The notes: a model not told the origin generated them from the letters alone. A stretch of DNA of 64,000 nucleotides from an uncultured Candidatus Saccharibacteria bacterium (GCA_964349485.1 CAYGGE010000002.1:72060-136059), one strand, 5' to 3'; counted from the first letter of the stretch, positions 10,217-19,967 are shown. Numbers and translations: made by a program.

Positions 10217-10636
10217 ATGGCTAAAAAAGTAGTAAAAGTTTTGAAGGTTCAAGCTCCTGCCGGCAAGGCAGTTCCTGGTCAGTCACTCGGTCCGGTACTG
10301 GGTGGTGCCGGTGTGAGTATTATGGAATTTGTGACCCAGTTTAATGAAAAAACCAAGGATAAAAAAGGGATCATCCCGGCTGTTATCTCAGTTTACGATG
10401 ATCGGACTTTTGACTTTGTGACCATGGAGCCACCGGTTGCCGAGCTGATCAAAGAAGCAACCGGTTTGGAAAAAGGGTCGGGGATCCCCAACAAGACCAA
10501 AGTTGGTTCATTGTCTGATGAACAGGTTACAGCCATCGCTACCCAAAAAATGCCAGACTTGAATGCCCGCGACATTGAAGCCGCCAAACAGACAGTTCGT
10601 GGAACTGCACGTAGTATGGGTGTAGATATAAAATAG
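10217..10636 (+). CDS. rplK: Ribosomal protein uL11
   Basis: MAKKVVKVLKVQAPAGKAVPGQSLGPVLGGAGV... is the canonical L11 sequence. Confidence 0.9.
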   Translation: MAKKVVKVLKVQAPAGKAVPGQSLGPVLGGAGVSIMEFVTQFNEKTKDKKGIIPAVISVYDDRTFDFVTMEPPVAELIKEATGLEKGSGIPNKTKVGSLSDEQVTAIATQKMPDLNARDIEAAKQTVRGTARSMGVDIK

Positions 10637-10660
10637 ATCTCAACCATCGTATATGAGAAA

Positions 10661-10688
10661 AAGCTACCGCTTGCGCAGTAGCTTTTTC
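10661..10688 (+). terminator. Rho-independent terminator after rplK
   Basis: A-run, then hairpin aagctac-N10-gtagctt, then TTTTT. Confidence 0.5.
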
Positions 10689-10868
10689 TTTAATCCCCTC
10701 CGTGCCTCCTATTCCTCCTTGGAAGGAGTTTTACCATTCTCTATATTGTAATGTAGAATGGGAAACAGGTGCGCTAGAGAGAGTAACAGCCAGAACCGTG
10801 GTTCTAAACGTGTCTCTCCCTGTTAACTCATTCAGCTAACAAATACATTATAGCAAATAATTTGCAAT

Positions 10869-11945
10869 ATGTCAAGGTCTAAGTTGAAACCTTCTAGCGA
10901 GCAAACGGCCGTAATTGGTCTACATACGCCAAAAATTGGCTCAAAGACGCTGTTTGCTTTGCGTTCGCTTTATGGGTCATATGAAAAGGCATATCAAGCA
11001 TATCAGATGAAGAAATTGTCTAATCTGACCGATGCTCAAAAGATAAGTCTTGCTGAACATCAACCGCTCCTGCCCCGGATCGTTCAACTAATTGACCAGT
11101 ACGATATTAAAATTGTTCTCTACGGTGACCCAGACTACCCAAGCTTATTGTCTGAAATGACTGATCCACCAGCTGTGCTTTATGTACGAGGGTCGATAGG
11201 GGAGCATCAACGGATTGCTATCGTTGGTTCTCGTCGATCGACGCCATATGGTCTACGGGCAGCAACCGATCTTGCCAGCGAGGCAGCAAAATCTGGTATA
11301 AACGTTGTTTCTGGTTTGGCTCTCGGGATCGATGCCGCCGCACACAAAGGTGCCTTGGTAGCTGGTGGACAGACTATCGGTATACTCGCCTGTGGCGTTG
11401 AACAAATTTACCCAGCAAGTCATCGACAGCTGGCATTGCAGACGATCAAACAAGGTGGGGCTTTAGTCAGTGAATTTCCGCTCCTTACACCACCTTACCG
11501 AGGTAACTTTCTGGTTCGTAATCGTCTTATCGCGGCGTTTACCCCGCTAACAGTGGTAATTGAGGCGGCGCCAGCAAGTGGGGCACTGGTGACCGCTCGG
11601 TTAGCCCTCGACTACAACCGAGACGTTTGGGCCTTACCTGGTGACATTTACCGCGAGAGTTCAATTGGTCCTAATCAACTCATTGCCAGCGGTGCGACAC
11701 CGTTTATCGGCGCAGGTCAGTTAGCTGACTACTTTAACGTTGAATCGGCTCCTGCCATCGTACACGAAGTTACCCCGGATGATCAACTTCTACTATCAGC
11801 CATTAGTAAAACAGGGACACATATCGACGACTTAGCAGAGGCACTATCCCTTGACATTGCGGCCACGAACAGTAGAGTGATACTGTTAGAGCTAAAAGGT
11901 CTCGTCGTGGATAGTGGAGCTGGAATCTTCAGACGAGTGATTTAA
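10869..11945 (+). CDS. dprA: DNA processing protein DprA/Smf
   Basis: IAIVGSRRSTPYG, GIDAAAH, and Rossmann-like core. The smf-topA adjacency is widely conserved. Confidence 0.85.
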   Translation: MSRSKLKPSSEQTAVIGLHTPKIGSKTLFALRSLYGSYEKAYQAYQMKKLSNLTDAQKISLAEHQPLLPRIVQLIDQYDIKIVLYGDPDYPSLLSEMTDPPAVLYVRGSIGEHQRIAIVGSRRSTPYGLRAATDLASEAAKSGINVVSGLALGIDAAAHKGALVAGGQTIGILACGVEQIYPASHRQLALQTIKQGGALVSEFPLLTPPYRGNFLVRNRLIAAFTPLTVVIEAAPASGALVTARLALDYNRDVWALPGDIYRESSIGPNQLIASGATPFIGAGQLADYFNVESAPAIVHEVTPDDQLLLSAISKTGTHIDDLAEALSLDIAATNSRVILLELKGLVVDSGAGIFRRVI

Positions 11946-11981
11946 TGCCTTTTTTGTTTGCTATAATCTGCAAAGGAACAT

Positions 11982-14039
11982 ATGAATCTAGTGATTGTTG
12001 AGTCTCCGAGTAAGGGTAAAACTATTGAGCAATATCTCGGTAAGGACTACAAAGTTTTAGCTTCGTATGGACATGTTCGTGATCTGCCAAAGAGTAAGAT
12101 TGGGATCGATACCGAACATGATTATGAACCGAGTTATATTATCCCTACAAAGGCTAAGAAGGTGCTCACTCAGTTGAAAAACGAAGCCAAGGTCAGCGAT
12201 TTGATCTTTCTGGCGACTGATTACGACCGTGAAGGGGAGGCGATTGCGTGGCATATTGCTGAGGCTCTCGGAATGAAGGGTGATAATTCAAAGCTGAAAC
12301 GGATTACTTTTCATGAGATTACTAAAGAAGCGATTCTAGAATCGATTAAACAACCACGAGCCCTCGACATGGACTTGGTTAATGCCCAGCAGGCACGTCG
12401 AGTTCTAGACCGTCTCGTCGGTTATAAACTTAGTCCCTTCCTCTGGAAGAAGATATATACCGGTCTATCGGCTGGCCGAGTCCAGTCGGTCGCTGTCCGA
12501 CTGATCGTTGATCGTGAACGGGAGATTCAAGCTTTTATACCAACAGAATATTGGTCGATCGAAGCTGATCTTGAAGCCAAGAAGGAGGCTTTTACAGGCA
12601 TCTTAATTAAACGCAACGAAGAAAAAATTGAGAAATTATCCCTGGTTAACAAGGGTGAAGCAGATGCTATGGTGTCCGATCTCGATAGTGCAACCTACAG
12701 AGTGGCAGGCCTAGACAAACGTACGGTCGCGCGTCACCCACACGGTCCATTTACCACCTCAACTCTTCAGCAGACAGCTTCACACCAGTTGGGCTATAGC
12801 GCCAAACGAACCATGTCCATTGCCCAGCGACTCTACGAAGCCGGTCACATTACCTACATGCGAACTGATTCGACCAATCTTTCGAACCAAGCAGTCAGCG
12901 CAGCGCGAAGTTATATCGAAAAAAGCTTCGGCGCGAAGTATCTCTCCGAGAAAACCCGAATCTACAAAACACGCTCTAAAGGGGCGCAAGAAGCCCACGA
13001 GGCGATTAGACCGACTCACCCAGACAAATCTCCGGACGAGATGGTCACACAGCTTAATGAAGAACAGGCCAAGCTCTACGAACTCATCTGGAAACGCTTA
13101 ATTGCCTGTCAGATGGAGAGCGCGAGCCTAGAGCAGGTGACTCTTCAAGTAGCGGCCAAGGGTAAGCAAGATAGCTATACTTTTCGAGCTAATGGTCAAA
13201 ACGTCCTGTTTGAAGGTTTCCTACGTCTATGGCAGGAGAAACTTGAATCAAAGACCCTGCCAGAACTCGTAGTTGGCGACCCAGTTGATCTGCTGAAATT
13301 GCGTAGCGAACAACACCTTACTGAGCCACCAGCCCGATTTAACGAAGCTAGTCTGATCAAAACACTTGAAGAGAACGGGATTGGACGACCGTCGACCTAT
13401 GCACCAACCATATCAACAATAGTGGATCGGGGTTATGTGGTGATCGAAAACCGCCAACTCCTTCCACAGGAAGTCGGCTTCATCGTTATTGATCTCCTCA
13501 AAGAACATTTTCCGAATATTGTTGACGTCAATTTTACTGCAACGATTGAAGAAGATTTTGATAAGATCGCTGAAGGGGCGCGGGAATGGCAGAAAGTAAT
13601 CGATGCTTTTTACCAACCATTTGAAACTCTCTTGAAGGAAAAAGAAGTCTCAGTCGAGAAAAGAAAGACAGAAGAAGCAACCGATCAAGTCTGTGAGCTT
13701 TGCGGTAAGCCAATGGTCATCAAGTTAGGTCGCTTTGGTCGTTTCCTCGCCTGTACCGGTTTCCCTGAGTGTAAAAATACCAAGGCTATCCTAAAATCAA
13801 CTGGGATCATGTGTCCAAAGTGCAATGAAGCTGAGTTAGCCGAGAGAAAAACTAGACGCCGACGTACTTTTTGGGGTTGCGCTCAATACCCAAAATGTGA
13901 CTTTGCCACCTGGGATGATCCAATAAAAGTACCCCCAGTTTACGACCCGAATGCTGTAAAGGTTGAGAAGCCTGAGCCGAAGGCAGTTACTAAGCGGAAG
14001 ACTAAGACAAAAGCAAAGACTAAAAAAAAGAGTAAGTAA
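11982..14039 (+). CDS. topA: DNA topoisomerase I
   Basis: N-terminal Toprim sequence MNLVIVESPSKGKTIEQYLG, C-terminal C4 zinc ribbons, and a Lys-rich tail. Confidence 0.9.
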   Translation: MNLVIVESPSKGKTIEQYLGKDYKVLASYGHVRDLPKSKIGIDTEHDYEPSYIIPTKAKKVLTQLKNEAKVSDLIFLATDYDREGEAIAWHIAEALGMKGDNSKLKRITFHEITKEAILESIKQPRALDMDLVNAQQARRVLDRLVGYKLSPFLWKKIYTGLSAGRVQSVAVRLIVDREREIQAFIPTEYWSIEADLEAKKEAFTGILIKRNEEKIEKLSLVNKGEADAMVSDLDSATYRVAGLDKRTVARHPHGPFTTSTLQQTASHQLGYSAKRTMSIAQRLYEAGHITYMRTDSTNLSNQAVSAARSYIEKSFGAKYLSEKTRIYKTRSKGAQEAHEAIRPTHPDKSPDEMVTQLNEEQAKLYELIWKRLIACQMESASLEQVTLQVAAKGKQDSYTFRANGQNVLFEGFLRLWQEKLESKTLPELVVGDPVDLLKLRSEQHLTEPPARFNEASLIKTLEENGIGRPSTYAPTISTIVDRGYVVIENRQLLPQEVGFIVIDLLKEHFPNIVDVNFTATIEEDFDKIAEGAREWQKVIDAFYQPFETLLKEKEVSVEKRKTEEATDQVCELCGKPMVIKLGRFGRFLACTGFPECKNTKAILKSTGIMCPKCNEAELAERKTRRRRTFWGCAQYPKCDFATWDDPIKVPPVYDPNAVKVEKPEPKAVTKRKTKTKAKTKKKSK

Positions 14040-14052
14040 GTCCGACTGCATT

Positions 14053-14110
14053 GTTCTCTGGTTATCTAGTTACAAACCAGATAACCAGATCGCGCAGCGA
14101 ACCAGAGAAC
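14053..14110. repeat. Nested inverted repeat between topA and recR
   Basis: gttctctggtt (14053-63) pairs with aaccagagaac (14100-10). Inner ggttatctag and ccagataacc arms are also present. There is no T-run. Confidence 0.4.
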
Positions 14111-14126
14111 TAGTGAACTGATCAAC

Positions 14127-14738
14127 ATGAACTACATCCCCAAGTCAGTCCAACGTGCTATCGATCAACTCGCCCGTTTGCCAGGCATCGGACCGAAAAC
14201 GGCCGGCCGATTGGCATTTTATTTGCTAAGTCGATCTGTAGACGATGTGAATCAACTAGGTGAATCGATTACGCACCTCCGTCAGGGCTTAGTAACTTGT
14301 CAAACCTGTTTTACCATCGCTGAAGCCAATCCTTGTCCCTTGTGTAGCGATCCAAAAAGAGATCAAACAGTGATTGCAGTGGTAGAGGCGCCGATCGATG
14401 TGGTGCCGCTTGAAAAAGCTCAGTTTCACGGTCGTTATCAGGTATTGGGTGGAGCAATTTCGCCGATTCAAGGTATTGGTCCTGGCGAATTGAATCTTGC
14501 GCCACTGTTTGCTCGATTGAAAACCGATTCAGGCATCCGCGAAGTTATACTCGCCACCAATCCAACTCTTGAAGGCGAAGCGACCGCTATGTATATTGAT
14601 AAGGAGATCAGCAAACTGACTCTCGATCAAAAAGTGCTTGTCACTCGGATCGCGCGTGGTCTGCCAATAGGTGGTGATCTGGAGTACGCCGACGAAATGA
14701 CGGTTACTCGGGCTCTCGAGGGACGGAAAGAATACTAG
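14127..14738 (+). CDS. recR: Recombination protein RecR
   Basis: HhH motif LPGIGPKTA, C4 zinc finger CQTCFTIAEANPCPLC, and a Toprim domain. Confidence 0.9.
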   Translation: MNYIPKSVQRAIDQLARLPGIGPKTAGRLAFYLLSRSVDDVNQLGESITHLRQGLVTCQTCFTIAEANPCPLCSDPKRDQTVIAVVEAPIDVVPLEKAQFHGRYQVLGGAISPIQGIGPGELNLAPLFARLKTDSGIREVILATNPTLEGEATAMYIDKEISKLTLDQKVLVTRIARGLPIGGDLEYADEMTVTRALEGRKEY

Positions 14739-14751
14739 TTATGGAGGAAAG

Positions 14752-14982
14752 ATGTCTAATATTGATGCAACAAATGGTGAGTGCTTGATCTGTGGCTTAC
14801 CTGGTACCGTTGGATTGCACTGCAGTGACCCCGACTGCCAGGGTTTAGTTGAAAAAATTGAAGATGGCAACTCTAAAGCGGAAGGCGAAGTAAGCGACCG
14901 CTACGACGATGATGATCTAAAAACAGACAACGTCGTATCCCTTGAAGAAGTGGCCGAAGAAGAATTGGCCGAAGACGATTAA
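14752..14982 (+). CDS. Small zinc-ribbon protein with an acidic C-terminal tail (hypothetical)
   Basis: 76 aa. CLICG...HCSDPDCQ four-cysteine motif, then a D/E-rich tail. RBS GGAGGAAAG precedes the ATG. Its stop abuts the cysS start. Confidence 0.45.
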   Translation: MSNIDATNGECLICGLPGTVGLHCSDPDCQGLVEKIEDGNSKAEGEVSDRYDDDDLKTDNVVSLEEVAEEELAEDD

Positions 14983-14989
14983 AACTATT

Positions 14990-16312
14990 ATGAAGCTCTA
15001 TAATACTCAGACTCGAAAAATTGATACGTTTACCCCGCTACACGACAAGCATGTTGGCATGTATACCTGTGGGCCGACGGTCTATGACCGGGCTCATATT
15101 GGCAATATGCGGACCTATCTCATGACCGATCTCTTGGTGAGGACACTCCGATTTCTGGGTTACGACGTGACTCACGTCATGAATATTACCGATATCGATG
15201 ATAAGACGATCAATCGCGCGGCTGAAGAGGGGATTTCGCTGTCAGAGTTAACGCAACGCTATGAAGAGCTGTTTTTCCGAGATCTAGCTCGATTGAAGAT
15301 TGAACTGCCTGATGTGACCCCACGTGCAACCGAGCATTTTCCCGAGATGAAACAGCTTTTAAACCAGTTGGTAGAAAAAGGGGCAGCCTACGAGAAGAAC
15401 GGTGAAGTCTATTTTGATATCTCGAAATTCAAGGATTACGGAAAGCTGAGCCTGCTCGACAAACGAGAGATTAAACCTGGTGCCAGAGTAGCCGTTGACG
15501 AATATGGCAAAGACGATGTCAACGACTTTGTCCTTTGGAAAGTCGACGACATTACTAAAACTCACGACAATGAACTAACAAAGAGCTCTGGTCGACCTGG
15601 TTGGCACCTAGAATGTTCCGCCATGAGCATGAAGTATCTCGGGCCAACGCTCGATATCCACGCCGGGGGGACCGATCTGCTCTTCCCGCATCATGAAAAT
15701 GAGATTGCCCAGAGTGAAGCCGCGACGGAGAAGCCTTTTGCTCGTTACTTTGTTCATGGCGAGTTTTTAACTGTTGAAGGCAAGAAGATGAGTAAGTCGC
15801 TAGGGAATATGTATACCATGCAGGAAATCATCGAACAGGGCGTTGATCCTCTGGCTTTTCGATACCTCATATTGACTACTCATTATCGAAGTAAACTGAA
15901 CTTTACCTGGGACTCGCTTGAAGCGGCTTCAAGGGCGCTTGAAGGTGTCCGACAGCTGGCGTTTCGTGACACGGAGAAGGAAGATCTACAGAAACAACAT
16001 GTTCTTGAACAGGGCTACGACGCCTTAAATAATGATCTCGATTTTCCCAAATTGCTCGCCCTATTGCATCAAACAGGGGATTATAGCCTATGGTTGGCTT
16101 TTGAACCTGTTTTAGGCCTTGGTTTGACCGAGAAAGCCACTGAGATTTCGACTGAAATTCAAGACCTCCTCAAGCAACGGGATGAAGCGAGACGAAATGG
16201 CGACTATGCACAGGCCGATCAGTACCGAGTCACTATTGCTACAAAAGGATACGCTATCGAAGACTTACCTGATGGAACCCAACGTCTCTTGCCAAAATTG
16301 CTTGACAAATAG
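14990..16312 (+). CDS. cysS: Cysteinyl-tRNA synthetase
   Basis: [14 protein letters not shown] start consensus, HIGN (HIGH), KMSKSLGN, and a zinc-binding Cys. The ORF caller's earlier ATG at 14942 would overlap the upstream gene. Confidence 0.9.
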   Translation: MKLYNTQTRKIDTFTPLHDKHVGMYTCGPTVYDRAHIGNMRTYLMTDLLVRTLRFLGYDVTHVMNITDIDDKTINRAAEEGISLSELTQRYEELFFRDLARLKIELPDVTPRATEHFPEMKQLLNQLVEKGAAYEKNGEVYFDISKFKDYGKLSLLDKREIKPGARVAVDEYGKDDVNDFVLWKVDDITKTHDNELTKSSGRPGWHLECSAMSMKYLGPTLDIHAGGTDLLFPHHENEIAQSEAATEKPFARYFVHGEFLTVEGKKMSKSLGNMYTMQEIIEQGVDPLAFRYLILTTHYRSKLNFTWDSLEAASRALEGVRQLAFRDTEKEDLQKQHVLEQGYDALNNDLDFPKLLALLHQTGDYSLWLAFEPVLGLGLTEKATEISTEIQDLLKQRDEARRNGDYAQADQYRVTIATKGYAIEDLPDGTQRLLPKLLDK

Positions 16313-16335
16313 CCGAGAGCGTGCTATTATGACGG

Positions 16336-16370
16336 GTACTGAATTAATGGTTTGACCAATAATTCAGTAC
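16336..16370. terminator. 15-bp inverted repeat hairpin downstream of cysS, with no U-tract
   Basis: gtactgaattaatgg-tttga-ccaataattcagtac with one mismatch. Confidence 0.35.
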
Positions 16371-16659
16371 TACTACAACTCAATAATCAGCGAACCAATA
16401 AGGAGGGTGCGCTAGTTAGCTGTTACTCCAATTCACCGGGGTGGTAGTGTCTACACTGGGAGATGTGGAGAGGATCCAATACTTTATAGGATCATTTACT
16501 CTGCCCCTAAACCTTGAAGACTGGTTGTTTCTAGGAGCTTGCTTCGAGCGATAACGAGACCCTTCCAAGGATCCTGGTGTGGACAGTGCCACTCCGTTTT
16601 GTATCTGAATATCACTTACTCATCGTAGTTTGGCTAAACTAGTGGCCGTTAACTAAGAA

Positions 16660-17289
16660 ATGGACTATATGAAAAACATTTTCATTGCCTTATTGTTAGC
16701 AACAACTATTCTCTTCAGTCTACCAGCTTCGGTCCGGGCCTCTTATTCTGGCCGGGCTAACACCGCGGCCCTCTTAGGTGCGGCCTATATGTATGCGAAT
16801 TATCAGGCCACTGGCAATGTTGGTTTGCCGTATATGGTTTACCCATTTGCTAGGTATGGTTATGGTGGCTCCAATTACTATCAACCGACCCAAACAATCT
16901 GCACCTGCACGAACTACCCAGTTTATAGCACCTACGCCAATTACGGCGGGTATGGTAACTATGCTGGTTATGGCGCTTATGGTTACGGCTCACCATATAT
17001 GTCATACCCCTACAGTTCAATGAACTATTCTGCTTACAACCACCCTATCTACAGTGGTTCTTATGGGTATCCTACTTCAGCATTGAACAATAATTTTTTG
17101 CTTTCTACACTGTATTACTACTCCCAAAACCGGACGTCAAATCTGGTCACTAATCCTGTCCAACCGGCGCCAGTTCGATCAGTAGAATCTCAATATGACT
17201 ACAACGGTACACCAAGCTATGGCTCAGGTTTCGATTACAACGGTACGCCAGACACTAGTTCCTGGGACTATAGCGGTCAAACTCATTAA
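16660..17289 (+). CDS. Secreted Tyr/Gly-rich low-complexity protein
   Basis: Signal peptide MDYMKNIFIALLLATTILFSLPASVRA. The mature part is dominated by Y, G, S and N, with repeated YDYNGTP(S/D) units. Confidence 0.6.
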   Translation: MDYMKNIFIALLLATTILFSLPASVRASYSGRANTAALLGAAYMYANYQATGNVGLPYMVYPFARYGYGGSNYYQPTQTICTCTNYPVYSTYANYGGYGNYAGYGAYGYGSPYMSYPYSSMNYSAYNHPIYSGSYGYPTSALNNNFLLSTLYYYSQNRTSNLVTNPVQPAPVRSVESQYDYNGTPSYGSGFDYNGTPDTSSWDYSGQTH

Positions 17290-17424
17290 ATTGTAATTAG
17301 CTCAGCTGGTCCTAACGAGGGCCAGCGAGTTGGTTATAATGACCACATTTGCCCTGCCGAGTGATCGGCGAGGCGTAACTTTACAGCTCATACGTTCCGG
17401 CGAAGCCGGAGAAGGAGGAAGGGG

Positions 17425-18399
17425 ATGCGCCCCAAATGGTTCGTTTTGCTGGTCTGGGGGATGTTTTTTCTTCTGATCAGCGTTGCGCCGGTGCATGCAG
17501 ATGTTGCCGGTGGCGGATTTACCGCTATTCGTCGGGAGTTCCACCGGGAGACCGGTGACTTTCGTCTGGTGGCCGAACTCTACGCGCCCGGATACCGCGA
17601 CGCCTACTGGGCGTGGCTTTCCGGGAGTGAGGAGCTTCTCAAGGCGCCGAACGTCGGTTCCGTGAAGCTCTCGTTCATCTTGGTAACCGAAGACGGTAAG
17701 CCCGTCCGATACGCCAAGTGGACGAACGATCAGCGTAAGGAGACTAAAGACTGGGAGGATCTGAAATATGGTCCTAACGGCTTTGAGCTCGACTATCCGC
17801 TCGATCGCGCCCGCCCCGGTGTCCACACGGTTCATTTCGTGGGCGGGATCAAAGATGGGCAGCGGAACTATACCAAGGTCTGGCTGCTCGTCGATCTAAC
17901 AATCGGTGGCCGCAAGAAGACCAGGTATCAGACCGAGGCCCTCCAGTTCATGGTTTACGACCTCCCCGTTGGGCGCAATCGCGTCGACCCACAGCTGCTT
18001 GTTAACTCCCAAGAGGAGATGGCAGCCGGTGGATCGTCGCTGATCGGCCCGGCAATCGAGGAAGACGAACCTGAACCGGCTGACAAGAAAGGAAAGCGTC
18101 AGCCGACAGATACGCCGTCACGACAGGAGCGATCCAACCTGATCCTCAGTTTCAACGGCTTTACCTCCTGGGCGCATGTCGTCTGGGACACAGGTAAGGA
18201 ATCGTGGTGCGAGGTCAGCGGTACGAAGACTGTCACAGTGCCTCGCGATGCTCGGGCGGTCGACGTCTACATTGTCAATTCCGATGGGGAACAGGGCGGC
18301 TACCGTATCAAGAATAGCGGAGCTCTCCGGAGCTTCGATGTTCCGACGGATGGTCGCCTGCTCACTATCACTGTCAATCGCACCCGCCGCGGCGGGTAG
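17425..18399 (+). CDS. Secreted hypothetical protein encoded in the GC-rich island
   Basis: Signal peptide ending VHADVAGG. Codon usage is GC-rich. No recognisable family. Confidence 0.55.
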   Translation: MRPKWFVLLVWGMFFLLISVAPVHADVAGGGFTAIRREFHRETGDFRLVAELYAPGYRDAYWAWLSGSEELLKAPNVGSVKLSFILVTEDGKPVRYAKWTNDQRKETKDWEDLKYGPNGFELDYPLDRARPGVHTVHFVGGIKDGQRNYTKVWLLVDLTIGGRKKTRYQTEALQFMVYDLPVGRNRVDPQLLVNSQEEMAAGGSSLIGPAIEEDEPEPADKKGKRQPTDTPSRQERSNLILSFNGFTSWAHVVWDTGKESWCEVSGTKTVTVPRDARAVDVYIVNSDGEQGGYRIKNSGALRSFDVPTDGRLLTITVNRTRRGG

Positions 18400-18405
18400 A
18401 AGGAT

Positions 18406-19734
18406 ATGGGAAAGAAAATGAAGCGCCTTTTATGGTTGCTTTCCCTCCTGCTTGCCGCGGGAGGTGTCTGTACACCGGTGCAGGCAGAGGACTTGGCGCC
18501 ACGCCTCGACGAAATAAGGTGGCGCCTCGCTGGTTATGTCTCAGCAGGGGCGCTTCAGCCTCACGAACCGGCAATCATCGAAGAGGAGGTGGTGAATAAG
18601 GGCTACACTATCTCAACGATACCAACGGGTACTGCGACGCCGAACTGGTGCACCCCCCGTAAGGGTGCCCGAGCCTTCCAGTACAAGCCGGGAACCTACC
18701 GTACGCCCTATCCGATCCAGGTCGCAGTCTTCGACGACAAGCGGCTGGTATCGGTACGGGCATTCATGGTCGGTTCCAAGGGATGTTTCAACCTCGTCGG
18801 TTGGACCTCACCAGTAGCCGCTCCTGCTCCACCGCCTCCCTGCAAGGGTGAGGTGGAGATCTGCAAGAAGCTTCGGGACGGGAGAGGCGAGCTGGCCAAC
18901 CACCAGTTTCGCCTCCTCGGCCCGAACGGGTTCGACGCAGTGCTCATTACCGACGCCAGCGGCGCTGCCAAGAAGGGCGATCTTTCCCTCGGGGAATACA
19001 CCCTTCTTGAAGTTCCACGCGAACACTACAAGCGCGTTGAACCGCAGATGCCGTACCGCTTCACTCTGTCGCGCGAGCGCCAGAAGGAGGTGGTGATGGT
19101 AGTCAACGAGTACTGCCCGCCAGTTGTGCAGCCCCCTCCACCGCCTCCCTGCAAGGGTGAGGTGGAGATCTGCAAGAAGCTTCGGGACGGGAGAGGCGAG
19201 CTGGCCAACCACCAGTTTCGCCTCCTCGGCCCGAACGGGTTCGACGCAGTGCTCATTACCGACGCCAGCGGCGCTGCCAAGAAGGGCGATCTTTCCCTCG
19301 GGGAATACACCCTTCTTGAAGTTCCACGCGAACACTACAAGCGCGTTGAACCGCAGATGCCGTACCGCTTCACTCTGTCGCGCGAGCGCCAGAAGGAGGT
19401 GGTGATGGTAGTCAACGAGTACTGCCCGCCTCCTGCGCCGCAACTACCTGATTTCGAGGGCACCAGCACGGTGCCAGAAATTCCGGTAGTAGTGGAGGCA
19501 CCCGCTCCTCCCGCAAGAGAGAAGAGCGCCTACCGGACCGGCCGACCTAGCAAGACGGTCGATCGGCAGGTTGTCGCTGGCGGTGGTGGATACAGTCGAG
19601 CCACTGAACGACGGGTGATCAGTCGGCACAACCATCATTTCATCCATCGGCACCGTCCTCACAGTAAAGGGATCAAAACCCCTGACGACGATGAAGATGG
19701 TGACACCCCTACGGGGCGGTTGCCGCCCCGTTAA
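18406..19734 (+). CDS. Secreted protein with two identical Cna-B/SpaA-like (prealbumin-fold) domains and a basic His-rich tail
   Basis: Signal peptide present. The domain has the pattern FRLLGPNGFDAVLITDASGAAKKGDLSLGEYTLLEVPREHYK (F.L...G...T.ASG...L..G.Y.L.E...P..Y), duplicated exactly. A PPPPC motif precedes each copy. Confidence 0.6.
   Translation: MGKKMKRLLWLLSLLLAAGGVCTPVQAEDLAPRLDEIRWRLAGYVSAGALQPHEPAIIEEEVVNKGYTISTIPTGTATPNWCTPRKGARAFQYKPGTYRTPYPIQVAVFDDKRLVSVRAFMVGSKGCFNLVGWTSPVAAPAPPPPCKGEVEICKKLRDGRGELANHQFRLLGPNGFDAVLITDASGAAKKGDLSLGEYTLLEVPREHYKRVEPQMPYRFTLSRERQKEVVMVVNEYCPPVVQPPPPPPCKGEVEICKKLRDGRGELANHQFRLLGPNGFDAVLITDASGAAKKGDLSLGEYTLLEVPREHYKRVEPQMPYRFTLSRERQKEVVMVVNEYCPPPAPQLPDFEGTSTVPEIPVVVEAPAPPAREKSAYRTGRPSKTVDRQVVAGGGGYSRATERRVISRHNHHFIHRHRPHSKGIKTPDDDEDGDTPTGRLPPR
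18827..19429 (+). repeat. Exact tandem direct repeat: 2 x 294 nt with a 309-nt period, inside the CDS
   Basis: 18827-19120 and 19136-19429 read identically nucleotide for nucleotide. They are separated by a 15-nt divergent linker. Confidence 0.85.
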
Positions 19735-19967
19735 ATTGCTGAAAGGCAGAACATAGCTGAGGGCCGGAGGGTCCGTTGCCATGGGGGAGAGAGATTCTTT
19801 CCCCCTGGCCAGTCCATCTTTCGAAGCAAACGAGAAGTTTGATCTCTTGACTCCGCTCGAGACGACAAAGTCGATTTCCGTTTTCTCCGAAAGAGATTAA
19901 TCGCTCATGTCACGTAGTGGTAAACTACCAAACATAGCAATAAATATTCATAACCAAAGAAGGAAAA

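Noticed and set aside
10764-16416. Shared 10-mer ggtgcgctag in the dprA leader and the cysS downstream region, considered as a repeated regulatory motif
   Set aside because: A single 10-nt match within 64 kb is expected by chance, and there is no extended similarity.
17296-17335. tRNA-like fragment (tagctcagctggt resembles a tRNA D-arm) at the left edge of the GC-rich island
   Set aside because: There is no acceptor stem, anticodon arm or GGTTCGAATCC-type T-arm nearby. It folds only as a simple hairpin (gctggtcc/gggccagc). A tRNA-remnant attachment-site interpretation is possible but unsupported.
18827-19429. Direct repeats considered as a possible CRISPR array
   Set aside because: There are only two copies of a 294-nt unit, far larger than CRISPR repeats. 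The repeat is in-frame coding sequence for a duplicated protein domain, with no spacer-repeat periodicity.
17302-19443. Long minus-strand ORFs (17302-17835, 18808-19443) antisense to the island genes
   Set aside because: These are high-GC antisense artefacts. They mirror the tandem repeat and have no signal or domain features. The plus-strand ORFs have signal peptides and recognisable domains.
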